Of a stretch of 64,000 nucleotides of DNA, positions 1 through 9,000 are shown piece by piece. Origin of the DNA: an uncultured delta proteobacterium (lineage in GTDB: Bacteria; Myxococcota; Kuafuiibacteriia; Kuafuiibacteriales; Kuafuiibacteriaceae); the NCBI GenBank assembly GCA_963803435.1, contig CAWDML010000001.1:2272001-2336000 (forward strand). The letters run 5' to 3'. Made by a program: the position numbers and the translations under genes. Position 1 is the first letter of the stretch. Each line of letters opens with the position of its first letter. The notes under the pieces are model-generated. The model saw nothing but the letters and a program-made list of their open reading frames with translations, searched no databases and had not been told where the DNA came from.

Positions 1-641
1 GGTCGTCCGTCTCCTCGCACTGCTCCCGCAGCTTGCGGGCGCACTCGGGCGTGTTCTCCTTGCAGGCCTGGCCGGCCTCCTCATCCACCAGATCGTCGAA
101 GGGTGCGCCGACCTTGTGGCAGGAGTCGCACGTGATGCCCTGGAAGGTGATCCGGCGGCGCGCCGTCAGGTCGAGGTCGATGTCGGTGTTGCTCTGCTCC
201 TCGCTGGCCCGGCCCGGCGGCTCGAGCAGCGCCTCGTCGGCGTTCGGATAGCGGATACTCGCGCGTCACGTCGCCGGTCTGGGGATCGCGGAAGGAGGCG
301 TTCGGGTCGAGCGTTCCGTCCACCAGCGCACCGCCGGTGGGCGCGTGACACTGCACGCAGAGGACCACGCGGCGGAAGAACGGACCGCGGCCGGAGGCGG
401 TCGCCAGATAGTTCGCGGTGATCTCGAGCGACTGATATCCCGGGTCGAGCCCACCCCCATAGTTGTGAGAGGAGCCGGCCCACTCGCGGAACTGCCTCGG
501 GTGACAGCGCCCGCAGTCCGAGGCCGTCGAGGCCGGCAGGAAGCCCCCCGTGTCGTTCGGCGAGGGCGGAAGGCCCTCGTCGCACGCGACGCCCAAACAA
601 AGGATCGAAACGACCGCAAGGCTCTCGAGTGCAAGTCGCAT
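1..641 (-). CDS. Multiheme c-type cytochrome lipoprotein (c554/c-552-like N-terminus); runs off window edge; +1 frameshift near 257
   Basis: Lipoprotein-type signal (ILCLGVAC) and motifs CGRCH..QFREWAGSSH and CVQCH. After removing one base at ~257 the frame continues EIRYPNAD...GITCDSCHKV, a third heme motif, and stays open to position 1. ATG overlaps the upstream stop (TGATG). Confidence 0.85.
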
Positions 642-2266
642 CAGAAGCTCCCTTTGACCGCCACTCTCACCGCGTGAAACGCGCTGAGATAGTCGTAAAA
701 GATCGAAGAATCGCTCGCGAACTCATAGGCGAGCCGGACGCCGGTGTAGCGCGTGAACTGCCAGGTCGCGTCGACGCCGAAGCCGTAGGCGCCCTCGTCG
801 ACCGCGTCGGCGAGGTAGCGGTTCGCGAAGCGCGCGAACCGACCGAAGCCCTGGACGCCCACCGACAGGCTGCGCTCCGAGAGCAGCCTCCGGCCGCGGA
901 ACCCTCCGCCGTGTACGTACCGCAGTCCGCCTGACACCTCGTGCGAGAGGTCCTCGCCGCCGGCCGACCAATCGCGGAAATTGCCGTCGGCGCCTTCCCC
1001 TCGGAGGTACTTGATGCCCTCGACGCCGAGCTGGGCCTCGAGCCCGTTCCCTTCGTCGAGCTGGAAGCTGGCGTCGGCGGTCAGCCCGTAGCGGATGTGG
1101 GTCGCGTCGTACGGCGAGGACTCCAGCTGATCGCCGTAGGAGACGCGGAAGCCGGCGGTCGGCTGGAGATCCAGCCAATCGGCGAGCGGGATCGACACGA
1201 TCGCGTTCAGATCGCTGTACGGCTGTGGATCGATCATGTTGAGACGGAACGTCTCGTAGGTCGTGCTCCGATCGCGGCGCGTGAGCCCCTCCCCTCCCGC
1301 GAGGTCGTAGAAGAGATCGCGTCCGATCTTCTGATCGAAGTCGATCATGAAGGCCGTCGCTCCGATGGCGAAGCTGGCCCCGGCGCGGACGTGGCTGAGC
1401 GCCGGGAAGGTGAGCTCGGCGGCCGCCGTCAGGATCAGGCTCGACGCGTTCGCGTACTCGATCCGAAGGTCGCCGATCGTGGTCCTTTGATCGACGGTCT
1501 CGGCTCCGCCCTCCAGCGGCTGGTCCCGGGAGAAGAGAGCGACCGTGCGCCGGTAGTGCAACACCTCGGCCTCGATCGAGAGCGGGAAGTCCTCGCCGAA
1601 GTCCCACCCGAGATCGCCGCCCACCAGGAGCCCGCCGTTCAGGAAGCCGGCGTCCCCCTGCGTGCGATCGAAGCTGGACGACCGCGAGCCGACGCGGACG
1701 GCGGCCTTGGCGTGGGGACCGTCGTAGCCGAGCGTAACGCCGTCGAACGTGACGCCCACGCGGGAGATGTGGAACTGCCGCCCGGCCCGCACGTGGAGAT
1801 CGCTGAGGAAGCCGTCCTGGGTGATGCCTTCCATCTCGACGTACGCCAGGTGCAGGAACAGCGCGCGGGCGTCGCCGAAGCGGTGCGCAATGCTCGGATT
1901 CACGGCCGGTGCGGCGCTCACGCCGATCTCGTCGGGCGTCGTCCCTGGAACCCCGCGGAGATCGAAGATCCCCGAGCCCAGGCCGTAAAGATTGAGCGTG
2001 GGCCAGAGAATGCCCCGCGTCCCCAGCGCCGCGTTGCCATCGAGGAACAGGTTCGAGTCTTGATACGAGCCGTCGGTCGGGATCATCCCGGTGACGTCGG
2101 GCTGCCCGGTGAGCCCGGTGAACACCGGCGCGAACCCGATCTCGAAGTCGAGGATCACGCGGCGCTCCGCGTCCGGAAGATCGACCGGGACGATCGACGT
2201 CGTGGTCTCGTCGGCGAGCGCCGGCGACGCAGAGAGGAGGAGCAGCGCGACCAGCGGCGCTTTCAT
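641..2266 (-). CDS. Outer-membrane beta-barrel protein (putative porin of a porin-cytochrome complex), ~541 aa
   Basis: The likely start is MKAPLVALLLLSASPALA-D (signal peptide) inside the 769-aa ORF, with an ATGA overlap with the upstream cytochrome. It has many alternating amphipathic strands (YGFGVDATWQF, VRLAYEF), a terminal Phe (VRVAVKGSF) and no CxxCH. Confidence 0.8.
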   Translation of the reverse strand: MKAPLVALLLLSASPALADETTTSIVPVDLPDAERRVILDFEIGFAPVFTGLTGQPDVTGMIPTDGSYQDSNLFLDGNAALGTRGILWPTLNLYGLGSGIFDLRGVPGTTPDEIGVSAAPAVNPSIAHRFGDARALFLHLAYVEMEGITQDGFLSDLHVRAGRQFHISRVGVTFDGVTLGYDGPHAKAAVRVGSRSSSFDRTQGDAGFLNGGLLVGGDLGWDFGEDFPLSIEAEVLHYRRTVALFSRDQPLEGGAETVDQRTTIGDLRIEYANASSLILTAAAELTFPALSHVRAGASFAIGATAFMIDFDQKIGRDLFYDLAGGEGLTRRDRSTTYETFRLNMIDPQPYSDLNAIVSIPLADWLDLQPTAGFRVSYGDQLESSPYDATHIRYGLTADASFQLDEGNGLEAQLGVEGIKYLRGEGADGNFRDWSAGGEDLSHEVSGGLRYVHGGGFRGRRLLSERSLSVGVQGFGRFARFANRYLADAVDEGAYGFGVDATWQFTRYTGVRLAYEFASDSSIFYDYLSAFHAVRVAVKGSF

Positions 2267-3813
2267 CTCGACCTCCTCAGGGCGCTCTCGACGTTCCGCG
2301 GTGGGATCGTCAAATCGAGCGAGTGGCACCGTTCGCACGTGGACTCGAAAGTATGGCAGGTCATGCAGGTTCTCGCATTGACGCGAGCCACCCGAGCGTG
2401 ATGCGTGCGAAAGTTCTGAAGAGGAAAGTGGCTCTGCGGCGCGACGTTGTGACACTCGGTGCAGTAGTCGACCTCGTGACAGGTCGCGCAGGGCTTGGGG
2501 TTGCGCGCGGCGAGCCGTCCGTGGCCGACCGTCCGGAACCTCAGCGTATGTGAGCGCGGGCGAGTGACCGCATGACAATCCTGGCAAGCGTCGCGCTTCG
2601 AACCCGAAGTGCCGAGATGACAGAAGTTGCACGTCGCGCTGGCCGCCTGCGCGGCGCGACCGTGCTGAAGGCGGAACAACGGCGTGTGATCCTGCGGCGC
2701 GCTCGAGGAGGTCTTCATCGGCGGCTTGGGCCGGGAGAACACGCCGGTCGCCTTGGGAAAGGCTGGCGGCGGCGGCGCGGCGCTGGGCGTCGACGTCTGG
2801 GCGATCTGGAGCAACGAGGGCAGCTCGAGCAGCTCGAACGTGGGCTTGGCGGCCAGCACACTCCCTGGATGGGCGGGGCCGCCGCATCGCCGCCCCGGCC
2901 GGGAGGCACGGGAGCGCACGGGCGGCTTCGCAGAGCGCGCGAAGACCCATCGTCGAGGAAGTACGTCGACGGACGCCGTATGGTTACCGGGCAGCGGCTG
3001 GCTGTTGACGTCCCCCGTGTGGCACAGGCCGCAGTTCTTCATCCGCTTGTCCACCGGCGTGAGCTCGGAGTCGTGGCACGCGGTGCACACGCGCATCTCG
3101 GGGAGGCTCAGCTCATCGACACGGTGGCTCTGATCCACATGCTCGTGACAGTACCGGCACTCGACGCGCTCGCCGGTGGGCGCGATCATGTGCTTGCCGT
3201 GCGTGAAGCGAATGTCGTTCTCGAGGTGCTTCAGGAATCGCCGCGCGCGTCCCGGGCCGTCGCCGCGATGGCAGCCCTTGCAATCCTTCATGCGCGGGGC
3301 CACCGACTCGGCGTGGCACTTGCCGCAGACCTCGTGTCGAGGGAACGAAGCGTAGGCCTCCTCCGGGCTGGCGACGCGGTGACAGTCGTTGCAGTCGAGC
3401 CCCGAGCCCGACGACTCGGCGGTCGCCGGCGCCAGGTGTTGCGCGTGATTGAACGAGGAGACCAGCTGCGCCGTGTTCCGCACCTGCGGATAGGGGCGAA
3501 GCGGCGAGCTGTGCTCGTGGAGCGGATCGACGGACACGTGGCAGACCTCGCAGAACGCGCCGGGCTCCTGATAGAACTGCTTCTCGTGCTGGTGGCAGCC
3601 GTCGCAGGGCGCGTGTGCCTGCGACCCTGGCCGCATCAACGCGTACTTCTGATCGGGATCCGCGAAGTGGCAGGCCTCGCACTCGAGGCCCTCGGCGAGA
3701 TGATGGTCGTGCCGGAAGGCACCGATCTGGGGTAGCGCGGTCGGTGGTGGCTCGCTGCCCTTCGGACAACCGCTCAGCACCAGCGCCATCGCGATGAGTC
3801 TGACTCTCGTCAT
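2263..3813 (-). CDS. 15-heme c-type cytochrome lipoprotein
   Basis: Start MTRVRLIAMALVLSGC (lipobox) with ATGA overlap with the upstream gene. 15 CxxCH motifs: nine in c7/c3-like triheme units and six in three di-heme repeats after a Pro-rich linker. Confidence 0.9.
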   Translation of the reverse strand: MTRVRLIAMALVLSGCPKGSEPPPTALPQIGAFRHDHHLAEGLECEACHFADPDQKYALMRPGSQAHAPCDGCHQHEKQFYQEPGAFCEVCHVSVDPLHEHSSPLRPYPQVRNTAQLVSSFNHAQHLAPATAESSGSGLDCNDCHRVASPEEAYASFPRHEVCGKCHAESVAPRMKDCKGCHRGDGPGRARRFLKHLENDIRFTHGKHMIAPTGERVECRYCHEHVDQSHRVDELSLPEMRVCTACHDSELTPVDKRMKNCGLCHTGDVNSQPLPGNHTASVDVLPRRWVFARSAKPPVRSRASRPGRRCGGPAHPGSVLAAKPTFELLELPSLLQIAQTSTPSAAPPPPAFPKATGVFSRPKPPMKTSSSAPQDHTPLFRLQHGRAAQAASATCNFCHLGTSGSKRDACQDCHAVTRPRSHTLRFRTVGHGRLAARNPKPCATCHEVDYCTECHNVAPQSHFPLQNFRTHHARVARVNARTCMTCHTFESTCERCHSLDLTIPPRNVESALRRSR

Positions 3814-5375
3814 GATCCCTTCCCCTCGACATCGACCGGTCCGTGGCATCGCGCGCACGCGAAACCGGTGTCCTTGAACGCGAGCGTACCGTCGTGACAG
3901 GTGCGGCACGTCTGCATCCGCGGGTTCTGGCCGCCGTCGATCTGCTGGTGGCAGACGGCGCAATCGAGCTTCTTGGCGCTGGCGGCGTCGGCGCGCTTCC
4001 AGCCCAGAGCGGCGGCGTCGATCACCTTCGCCGTCCGCACGTCGACCCGATGCGTCTCGTGCTTGAACTTCTCGGTCACCGCCCACTTGGTCGGCTGCTC
4101 CTCGGGCTTGAGCGTGCGGTGGCAGCCCTCGCACTTCGTCATCGGCTGCGTCTTGAGCGTCTCGTGGCACTGCGCGCAGAGCTCGTGTCCCGGCGCCATC
4201 AGACCGCCTGCGATCGCCGGCTTCTCCGCGCCCGACTGCTCGTAGTGGCACTTGTCGCACGCCGTCTTGTCGTGCTTCGCGTGCGGGAGATCGGAGGCCA
4301 TCTCGCGCTCGGAGCGGAAGCGCTCCTTCACCGGATTCGCGCGCCACGGATCGGAGTGCTCGTGACAGACGCGGCAGATGCCCTTGCTCTCCCGGGTGAG
4401 GAACTGCTGCTGGTGGCACTTCTCACAGGGCCAGTGACCGTTGCGCTGCTCCTTCGGATCGAAGTTCCTCCCGCCCGCGGGGAACCAGAGCCGGCCGCGC
4501 TCCGTCGTCGGGTGGCAGTCGACGCAGACGTAGGCGCCGGTGGGGCCGACGACGTTCTGATCCGCGTGGCGAACGTGGGAGAAGAAGCACTGCTCCTTCG
4601 TCGGCGGCTGCGCCTCCGAGATCTGCGCCGACTCGTGACAGCGCCGGCACTGCGATCCGACGGCGTCGAACGCCTGATCGCCGTCGTGGCACGAGGTGCA
4701 ATCGGCCATGGCCGGGAGCGGCGTGTGGACGCCCTTCTCCACCTTGGCGTTGACGTGACAGCTCGCGCACTCGTTCTTGCCGGTCTTCTTCGCGTGGGAC
4801 GCGTGGGTGAAGAGGTTTGAGACCCGATAATCGGACCAGGTCGACGAGGCGAGCGCTTCCTCGGGCGCCTTCTTCACGTGGCAGCCGTTGCACGTCGCCA
4901 TCGCCGGCTTGGCCTTGCTCTCGTGGCAGCCGGCGCAACCGCGATGCCCGGTAAAGACCATGTCCGGTCCGCCGGACTCGGCCCGGTCGTGCGTATGGCA
5001 GACCTCGCACTTGCCCGCCTCGACGTGCGTCTTGTGGCCGGAGCTCGCCAGGGTGAACTGCGAGTGCTCGCCGCTGCGGTAGGGCGGATAGACAGCCTTG
5101 TGGATGTTGATCCCGTGACCGCCCGGGCCCGCGACGTGGCAGGTCCGGCAGAACTCCGGCTTCCTCGGATCGAACTTCACCAGCTTGCCCGCGTGGCAGC
5201 CCGCGTTCTCGCACGGCTTGTGATCCTTCTTCGGGAAGCGCACGTGCCCCCAACCGTTGGACTTCGAGCGGTCGTGGCAGTCGTTGCACGCGACCGTGGC
5301 GTGCTTCTCCGAGAGGTGATCGAAACGTGGCGGGTGCGCAGCCAGGAGCAGGCCCGCCCAAATCAGGAGACTCAT
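3810..5375 (-). CDS. 18-heme periplasmic cytochrome c (six tandem c7-like triheme units)
   Basis: Short signal peptide, 17 CxxCH plus one CX4CH (CENAGCH), and recurring F-x-H-x2-H distal ligand motifs (FTHASH, FSHVRH, FKHETH). Confidence 0.92.
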   Translation of the reverse strand: MSLLIWAGLLLAAHPPRFDHLSEKHATVACNDCHDRSKSNGWGHVRFPKKDHKPCENAGCHAGKLVKFDPRKPEFCRTCHVAGPGGHGINIHKAVYPPYRSGEHSQFTLASSGHKTHVEAGKCEVCHTHDRAESGGPDMVFTGHRGCAGCHESKAKPAMATCNGCHVKKAPEEALASSTWSDYRVSNLFTHASHAKKTGKNECASCHVNAKVEKGVHTPLPAMADCTSCHDGDQAFDAVGSQCRRCHESAQISEAQPPTKEQCFFSHVRHADQNVVGPTGAYVCVDCHPTTERGRLWFPAGGRNFDPKEQRNGHWPCEKCHQQQFLTRESKGICRVCHEHSDPWRANPVKERFRSEREMASDLPHAKHDKTACDKCHYEQSGAEKPAIAGGLMAPGHELCAQCHETLKTQPMTKCEGCHRTLKPEEQPTKWAVTEKFKHETHRVDVRTAKVIDAAALGWKRADAASAKKLDCAVCHQQIDGGQNPRMQTCRTCHDGTLAFKDTGFACARCHGPVDVEGKGS

Positions 5376-5534
5376 CAGATCTCGTCCAACCCCGCGCTGC
5401 TTCTAGCGAAGGCCGCACCGCGGCGCCAGGCCGCGGCGGGTGAGCACGTGTAAGGAGACCGGTTGAAACGTGTGTGAGCGAGAACCGCGATCCCACGATC
5501 CGATCAAGGGCCGACGCGCGTACGGGAGGTGCGG

Positions 5535-7646
5535 ATGCGTTGGGTGCGAAGCATCATGCTCACGGCCTGCGCGATCGGAACGGTGCTTGCTCACGCGGCG
5601 CCGATCCTCGCGCAGCCGGCGGGGACCTCGAGCGCCGCGGAGGCGCTCGATCGAAGCTATCTCGAGCTTCAGAGGCTCGACGACACCGAAGAGATCATCG
5701 TCACCGGGACGCGGCCCACGACCGCCGGCTCGGCGTCGATCGTTCGCGCGCGCGATCTCCTGCTGCGGCCACGGCGGCGGCCCGCCGACCTCCTGGAGGT
5801 GATCCCCGGTCTCGAGGTCGTCCAGCACGCGGGAGGAGGCAAGGCCAACCAGTACTTCATCCGCGGCTTCGACGCGGACCACGGCACCGATCTCGCGCTC
5901 AGCGTCGACGGCGTGCCCGTCAACATGGTCAGCCACGGACACGGCCAGGGCTATGCAGACCTCCACTTCGTGATCCCGGAGCTGGTGGATCGCATCGAGG
6001 TGAAGAAGGGCCCGTACTTCGCCGAGCTGGGCGACTTCGCCACCGCCGGCGCGGTCGACATGATCCTCCGCGAGGATGTCCGCGCCAACAGCCTCAGCCT
6101 GAGCGGCGGCTCGTTCGACACCTATCGCGGCCTCGCGATCGGCGGCGGAGACCTGGGTCCCGTGGGTATGCTCTTCGCCGGCGAGCTGTACGCCACCAAC
6201 GGACCGTTCGTGGAGGGCGAGTCGCTGCGTCGCTACAACCTGCTCGGCCGGGGAGAGGTGCCGGTCCTCGGCGGCGATCTCATGCTCACGCTCGACGCCT
6301 ACGGCGCGCGCTGGAACGCGTCCGGGCAGATCCCGAACCGAGAGGTGGCGGCCGGCCGGCTCGATCGCTTCGGCACCGTCGACGCGACCGAGGGCGGGAG
6401 CTCGCGGCGCATGGGCGGCTCGGTGCGCTGGCGAAGGAGCTCCGGCCACGACGACCTCTCCCTGATGGCCTACGTGACCCAGTCTCACCTCGACCTCTTC
6501 TCCGACTTCACCTTCTTCAGCCGCGACCCGGTGAACGGCGACGAGATCGAGCAGACCGACGATCGCATCGTGGCCGGTGCCGACGCGCGCTATCGCTTCG
6601 ACACGAAGCTGGGGCCGATCGATCTCACCAGCCGCTTCGGGCTCCAGACCCGGACCGACCTCATCGACAACGGCCTCTTCCACGACCGCGCCCGCGCGCG
6701 CCTCGAGCCCGTGGTGAGCGCGCACGTCCGGGAGACCAGCCTCGCCGCCTACGCCGAGGAGGAGCTGCACCTCACCGAGTGGCTGCGGGCGCAGCTCGGT
6801 CTCCGGGGCGACTACTTCCACTTCGCGGTGGACGGCTCCGGCTCGAAGCACGCCTTCGCGGCGAGCCCCAAGGGCAGCCTGATCGTGACGCCGCTCGACG
6901 ACACCGACGTCTTCGTCAACTTCGGCCTCGGCTTTCACTCGAACGACGCCCGCGGCGTGCTCGCGCCCGAAGACCCGGTCACCCCGCTCACACGCGCGAT
7001 CGGCGGCGAGCTGGGCGCCCGCACGCGGCTCTTCGATCGTCTCGACCTGGCGGCCACGGTGTTCCTGATCGATCTGGCCAGCGAGATCGTGTGGGTCGGC
7101 GACGAGGGTACGACCGAGGCGAACGGCCCGACCCGGCGCCTCGGCGTGGAGACCGAGGCGCGCCTCCAGCTCCTGCGCTGGCTCTGGGCCGACGCCGACT
7201 TCACCTTCGCGCGCGCGCACTTCACCGGCGCGGCGCCCGGCGCCCGCGAGATCCCGCTCGCCCCCCGCCTGACCGTGAGCGGCGGCCTCTCGGCGATCCA
7301 CCCGATCGGCATCTTCGGTCGCATCGGCGTCCAGCACGTCGGCGATCGCCCCGCCACCGAGGACGGCTTCCTCACCGCGGTCGGCTACACCAAGGCCGAC
7401 CTCACGCTCGGCTACCGCACCCACATGTTCGAGATCAGCGTGGACCTGGAGAACCTCTTGAACGCCGACATCCGCGAGGCGCAGTTCGCCACCGTCTCCC
7501 GCCTCCCCTCCGAGACCTCCGCCGCCTCCTGCCCCGACGGCACCCGCGCGGTCTCGGACGGCGGCGCGTTCCTCGGCTGCGAGGACCTCCACTTCACCCC
7601 CGGCCCGCCCCTCTCCGCCCGCCTGACGGCCTCGCTCTTCTTCTAG
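5535..7646 (+). CDS. TonB-dependent receptor
   Basis: GGAGG RBS before ATG 5535 and a signal peptide. TonB box EEIIVTG, plug motifs (LLEVIPGL, YFIRGF, VDGVP, RIEVKKGP), late NLLN motif and C-terminal Phe. Confidence 0.93.
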   Translation: MRWVRSIMLTACAIGTVLAHAAPILAQPAGTSSAAEALDRSYLELQRLDDTEEIIVTGTRPTTAGSASIVRARDLLLRPRRRPADLLEVIPGLEVVQHAGGGKANQYFIRGFDADHGTDLALSVDGVPVNMVSHGHGQGYADLHFVIPELVDRIEVKKGPYFAELGDFATAGAVDMILREDVRANSLSLSGGSFDTYRGLAIGGGDLGPVGMLFAGELYATNGPFVEGESLRRYNLLGRGEVPVLGGDLMLTLDAYGARWNASGQIPNREVAAGRLDRFGTVDATEGGSSRRMGGSVRWRRSSGHDDLSLMAYVTQSHLDLFSDFTFFSRDPVNGDEIEQTDDRIVAGADARYRFDTKLGPIDLTSRFGLQTRTDLIDNGLFHDRARARLEPVVSAHVRETSLAAYAEEELHLTEWLRAQLGLRGDYFHFAVDGSGSKHAFAASPKGSLIVTPLDDTDVFVNFGLGFHSNDARGVLAPEDPVTPLTRAIGGELGARTRLFDRLDLAATVFLIDLASEIVWVGDEGTTEANGPTRRLGVETEARLQLLRWLWADADFTFARAHFTGAAPGAREIPLAPRLTVSGGLSAIHPIGIFGRIGVQHVGDRPATEDGFLTAVGYTKADLTLGYRTHMFEISVDLENLLNADIREAQFATVSRLPSETSAASCPDGTRAVSDGGAFLGCEDLHFTPGPPLSARLTASLFF

Positions 7647-7675
7647 GAGCGTGTAGCGCGTAGCGCTACCGCGAG

Positions 7676-7711
7676 CCCGGTCCGGGTCCCGGTCCCGGTC
7701 CCGGTCCCGAT
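7676..7711. repeat. Tandem CCGGTC/GGTCCC hexamer repeats inside the left inverted repeat (mirrored at 8862-8897)
   Basis: cccggtccgggtcccggtcccggtcccggtcccga, with complement gggacccggaccgggaccgggacccggaccggg at the right end. Confidence 0.9.
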
Positions 7712-7716
7712 GGCGA

Positions 7717-7860
7717 TCATGCAGCCCGGCGTGCGTTCATCGACTTGATGAGGCGCGTGAGCATCTCGACAACGCGCTTGAGTGCGATCTCTTCAGCGAT
7801 GTCGGCATACTCGACGGCGAGCTGGTAGGCCTCGAGCTTCTCGTGATCGAAAGTGACCAT
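7717..7860 (-). pseudogene. Internally deleted four-helix-bundle (23S rRNA IVP-like) gene remnant
   Basis: MVTFDHEKLEAYQLAVEY is the typical N-terminus and is joined almost directly to the typical C-terminus LKRVVEMLTRLIKS. The central SIxxNIAEG segment is absent. Confidence 0.7.
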
Positions 7861-8019
7861 GCAAGCTAGCTTGCGGTAGCTCGTCCACTTTGACCAGCAG
7901 AAGTTCTTGGAGGTCGTTTCGTCTGGAATCGATCGTTGGGCGGATCGACTTCGACGCCTGGACTTGATCCCATGGTTTCGTGGCGAAGCAATACCGTTCT
8001 TGGACTCCGAGACAATCGT

Positions 8020-8841
8020 TCTTGCTCCCGCCGTTCCCCTCTCGAGTGGCTCCCAGAAAATCATCTCGCGTACTTTCGTCTTGGACGTCGTCGATGAGGT
8101 AGAGCTGAGCGCGATCGAGATCTCGATCCAGTCCAAGGACCTGCGAGGCGAGCGACCGTACTCGCCTCGAATGATGATCGCGCTGCTTCTGTACGCCTAC
8201 TGCACCAGCTCGAACCATCCCCAGACCCAACTGAACGAAGTGATGGATGGCCGCATCATCGCGTTCCTGCAAATGTGGACGGCACACCGAGGCCCCACGC
8301 TCAGAGGAACTTCACCGACTCAGACAGCAGGATCATGTTGAAGGAGGGAGAAGGAGGGAGCGTACCTCCAGGCCGGGTCAGCAACCAGGCACCTGATCAG
8401 CAACACCTCGTCCCGATGCTCCGTGATGTGTTCGGCAACTGCGGCGATGCTCCGCGGAAGATGACGGCAGACAACGGCTATCTGAGGCGACCAACATCGA
8501 ATTTCTGCGACAACAATCAGATCGATGCCCACATCGCTGTTGGACGCGAACAGAACCAAGACGCGTCGACTCCGTCCTCATCAGCTTCGGAGCCCACACC
8601 TGCCTTGCTCGCTCGCAAGCGAATGCGAGACAAGTTGCAAACGCGCCACGGCAAGGCGGTCTACGCCCGCAGGAAGAGTATCGTCGAACCGGCGCTCGGA
8701 CAGATCAAAGCGGCACGAGGATTCCGCCGGTTCTCGCTCCGCTCCTTCTTCAAGGTACGAGCCGAGTGGACGCTCGTCTGCCTCACCCACAACCTGCTCA
8801 AGCTCTACCGATCGAAGCTCGCGACCGTCGCGAGCGTCTGA
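8020..8841 (+). pseudogene. IS1182-family transposase pseudogene (frameshifts and large deletions)
   Basis: Fragments LEWLPENHLAYF / VLDVVD...GERPYSPRMMIALLLYAYC (N-terminus), QRNFTDSDSRIM, TADNGY and YARRKSIVEPALGQIKAARGFRRFSLR...EWTLVCLTHNLLKL (C-terminus) lie in different frames. Confidence 0.88.
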
Positions 8842-9000
8842 CTCAAGGCAGCCATCTTCAGATCGGGACCCGGACCGGGACCGGGACCCGGACCGGGCTC
8901 GCGTGAGCGCTTACGCGCTACACGCTCCTAGCCCTCCCCGATAGCGCGGCGCGACCCCTGATATGACACGTGCCCCGCGAACCGATAGTCTGCCGTCGGC

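Larger units (their letters stand above)
7647..8927. mobile_element. Decayed IS1182-family element with ~65-bp terminal inverted repeats, flanked by CTAG duplication
   Basis: Left end GAGCGTGTAGCGCGTAGCGC...GGTCCCGAT (7647-7711) matches the reverse complement of 8862-8927. CTAG flanks both ends (7643-7646, 8928-8931). The interior has lower GC and transposase fragments. Confidence 0.85.

Noticed and set aside
641-2950. 769-aa version of the barrel protein (likewise the extended N-termini of 2263-4419, 18567-21620 and 56094-58526)
   Set aside because: The extensions overlap neighbouring genes out of frame. Internal starts with signal peptides, RBS or stop/start overlaps fit better.
5376-5534. 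Cobalamin riboswitch ahead of the TonB-dependent receptor, given the B12-dependent nrdJ
   Set aside because: The gap is short and shared with the divergent cytochrome operon, and no B12-box consensus was recognisable. The receptor's substrate remains unassigned.
7676-8897. Hexamer arrays as a CRISPR array
   Set aside because: There are no 25-45-bp repeats with unique spacers and no cas genes. The arrays are part of the terminal inverted repeats.
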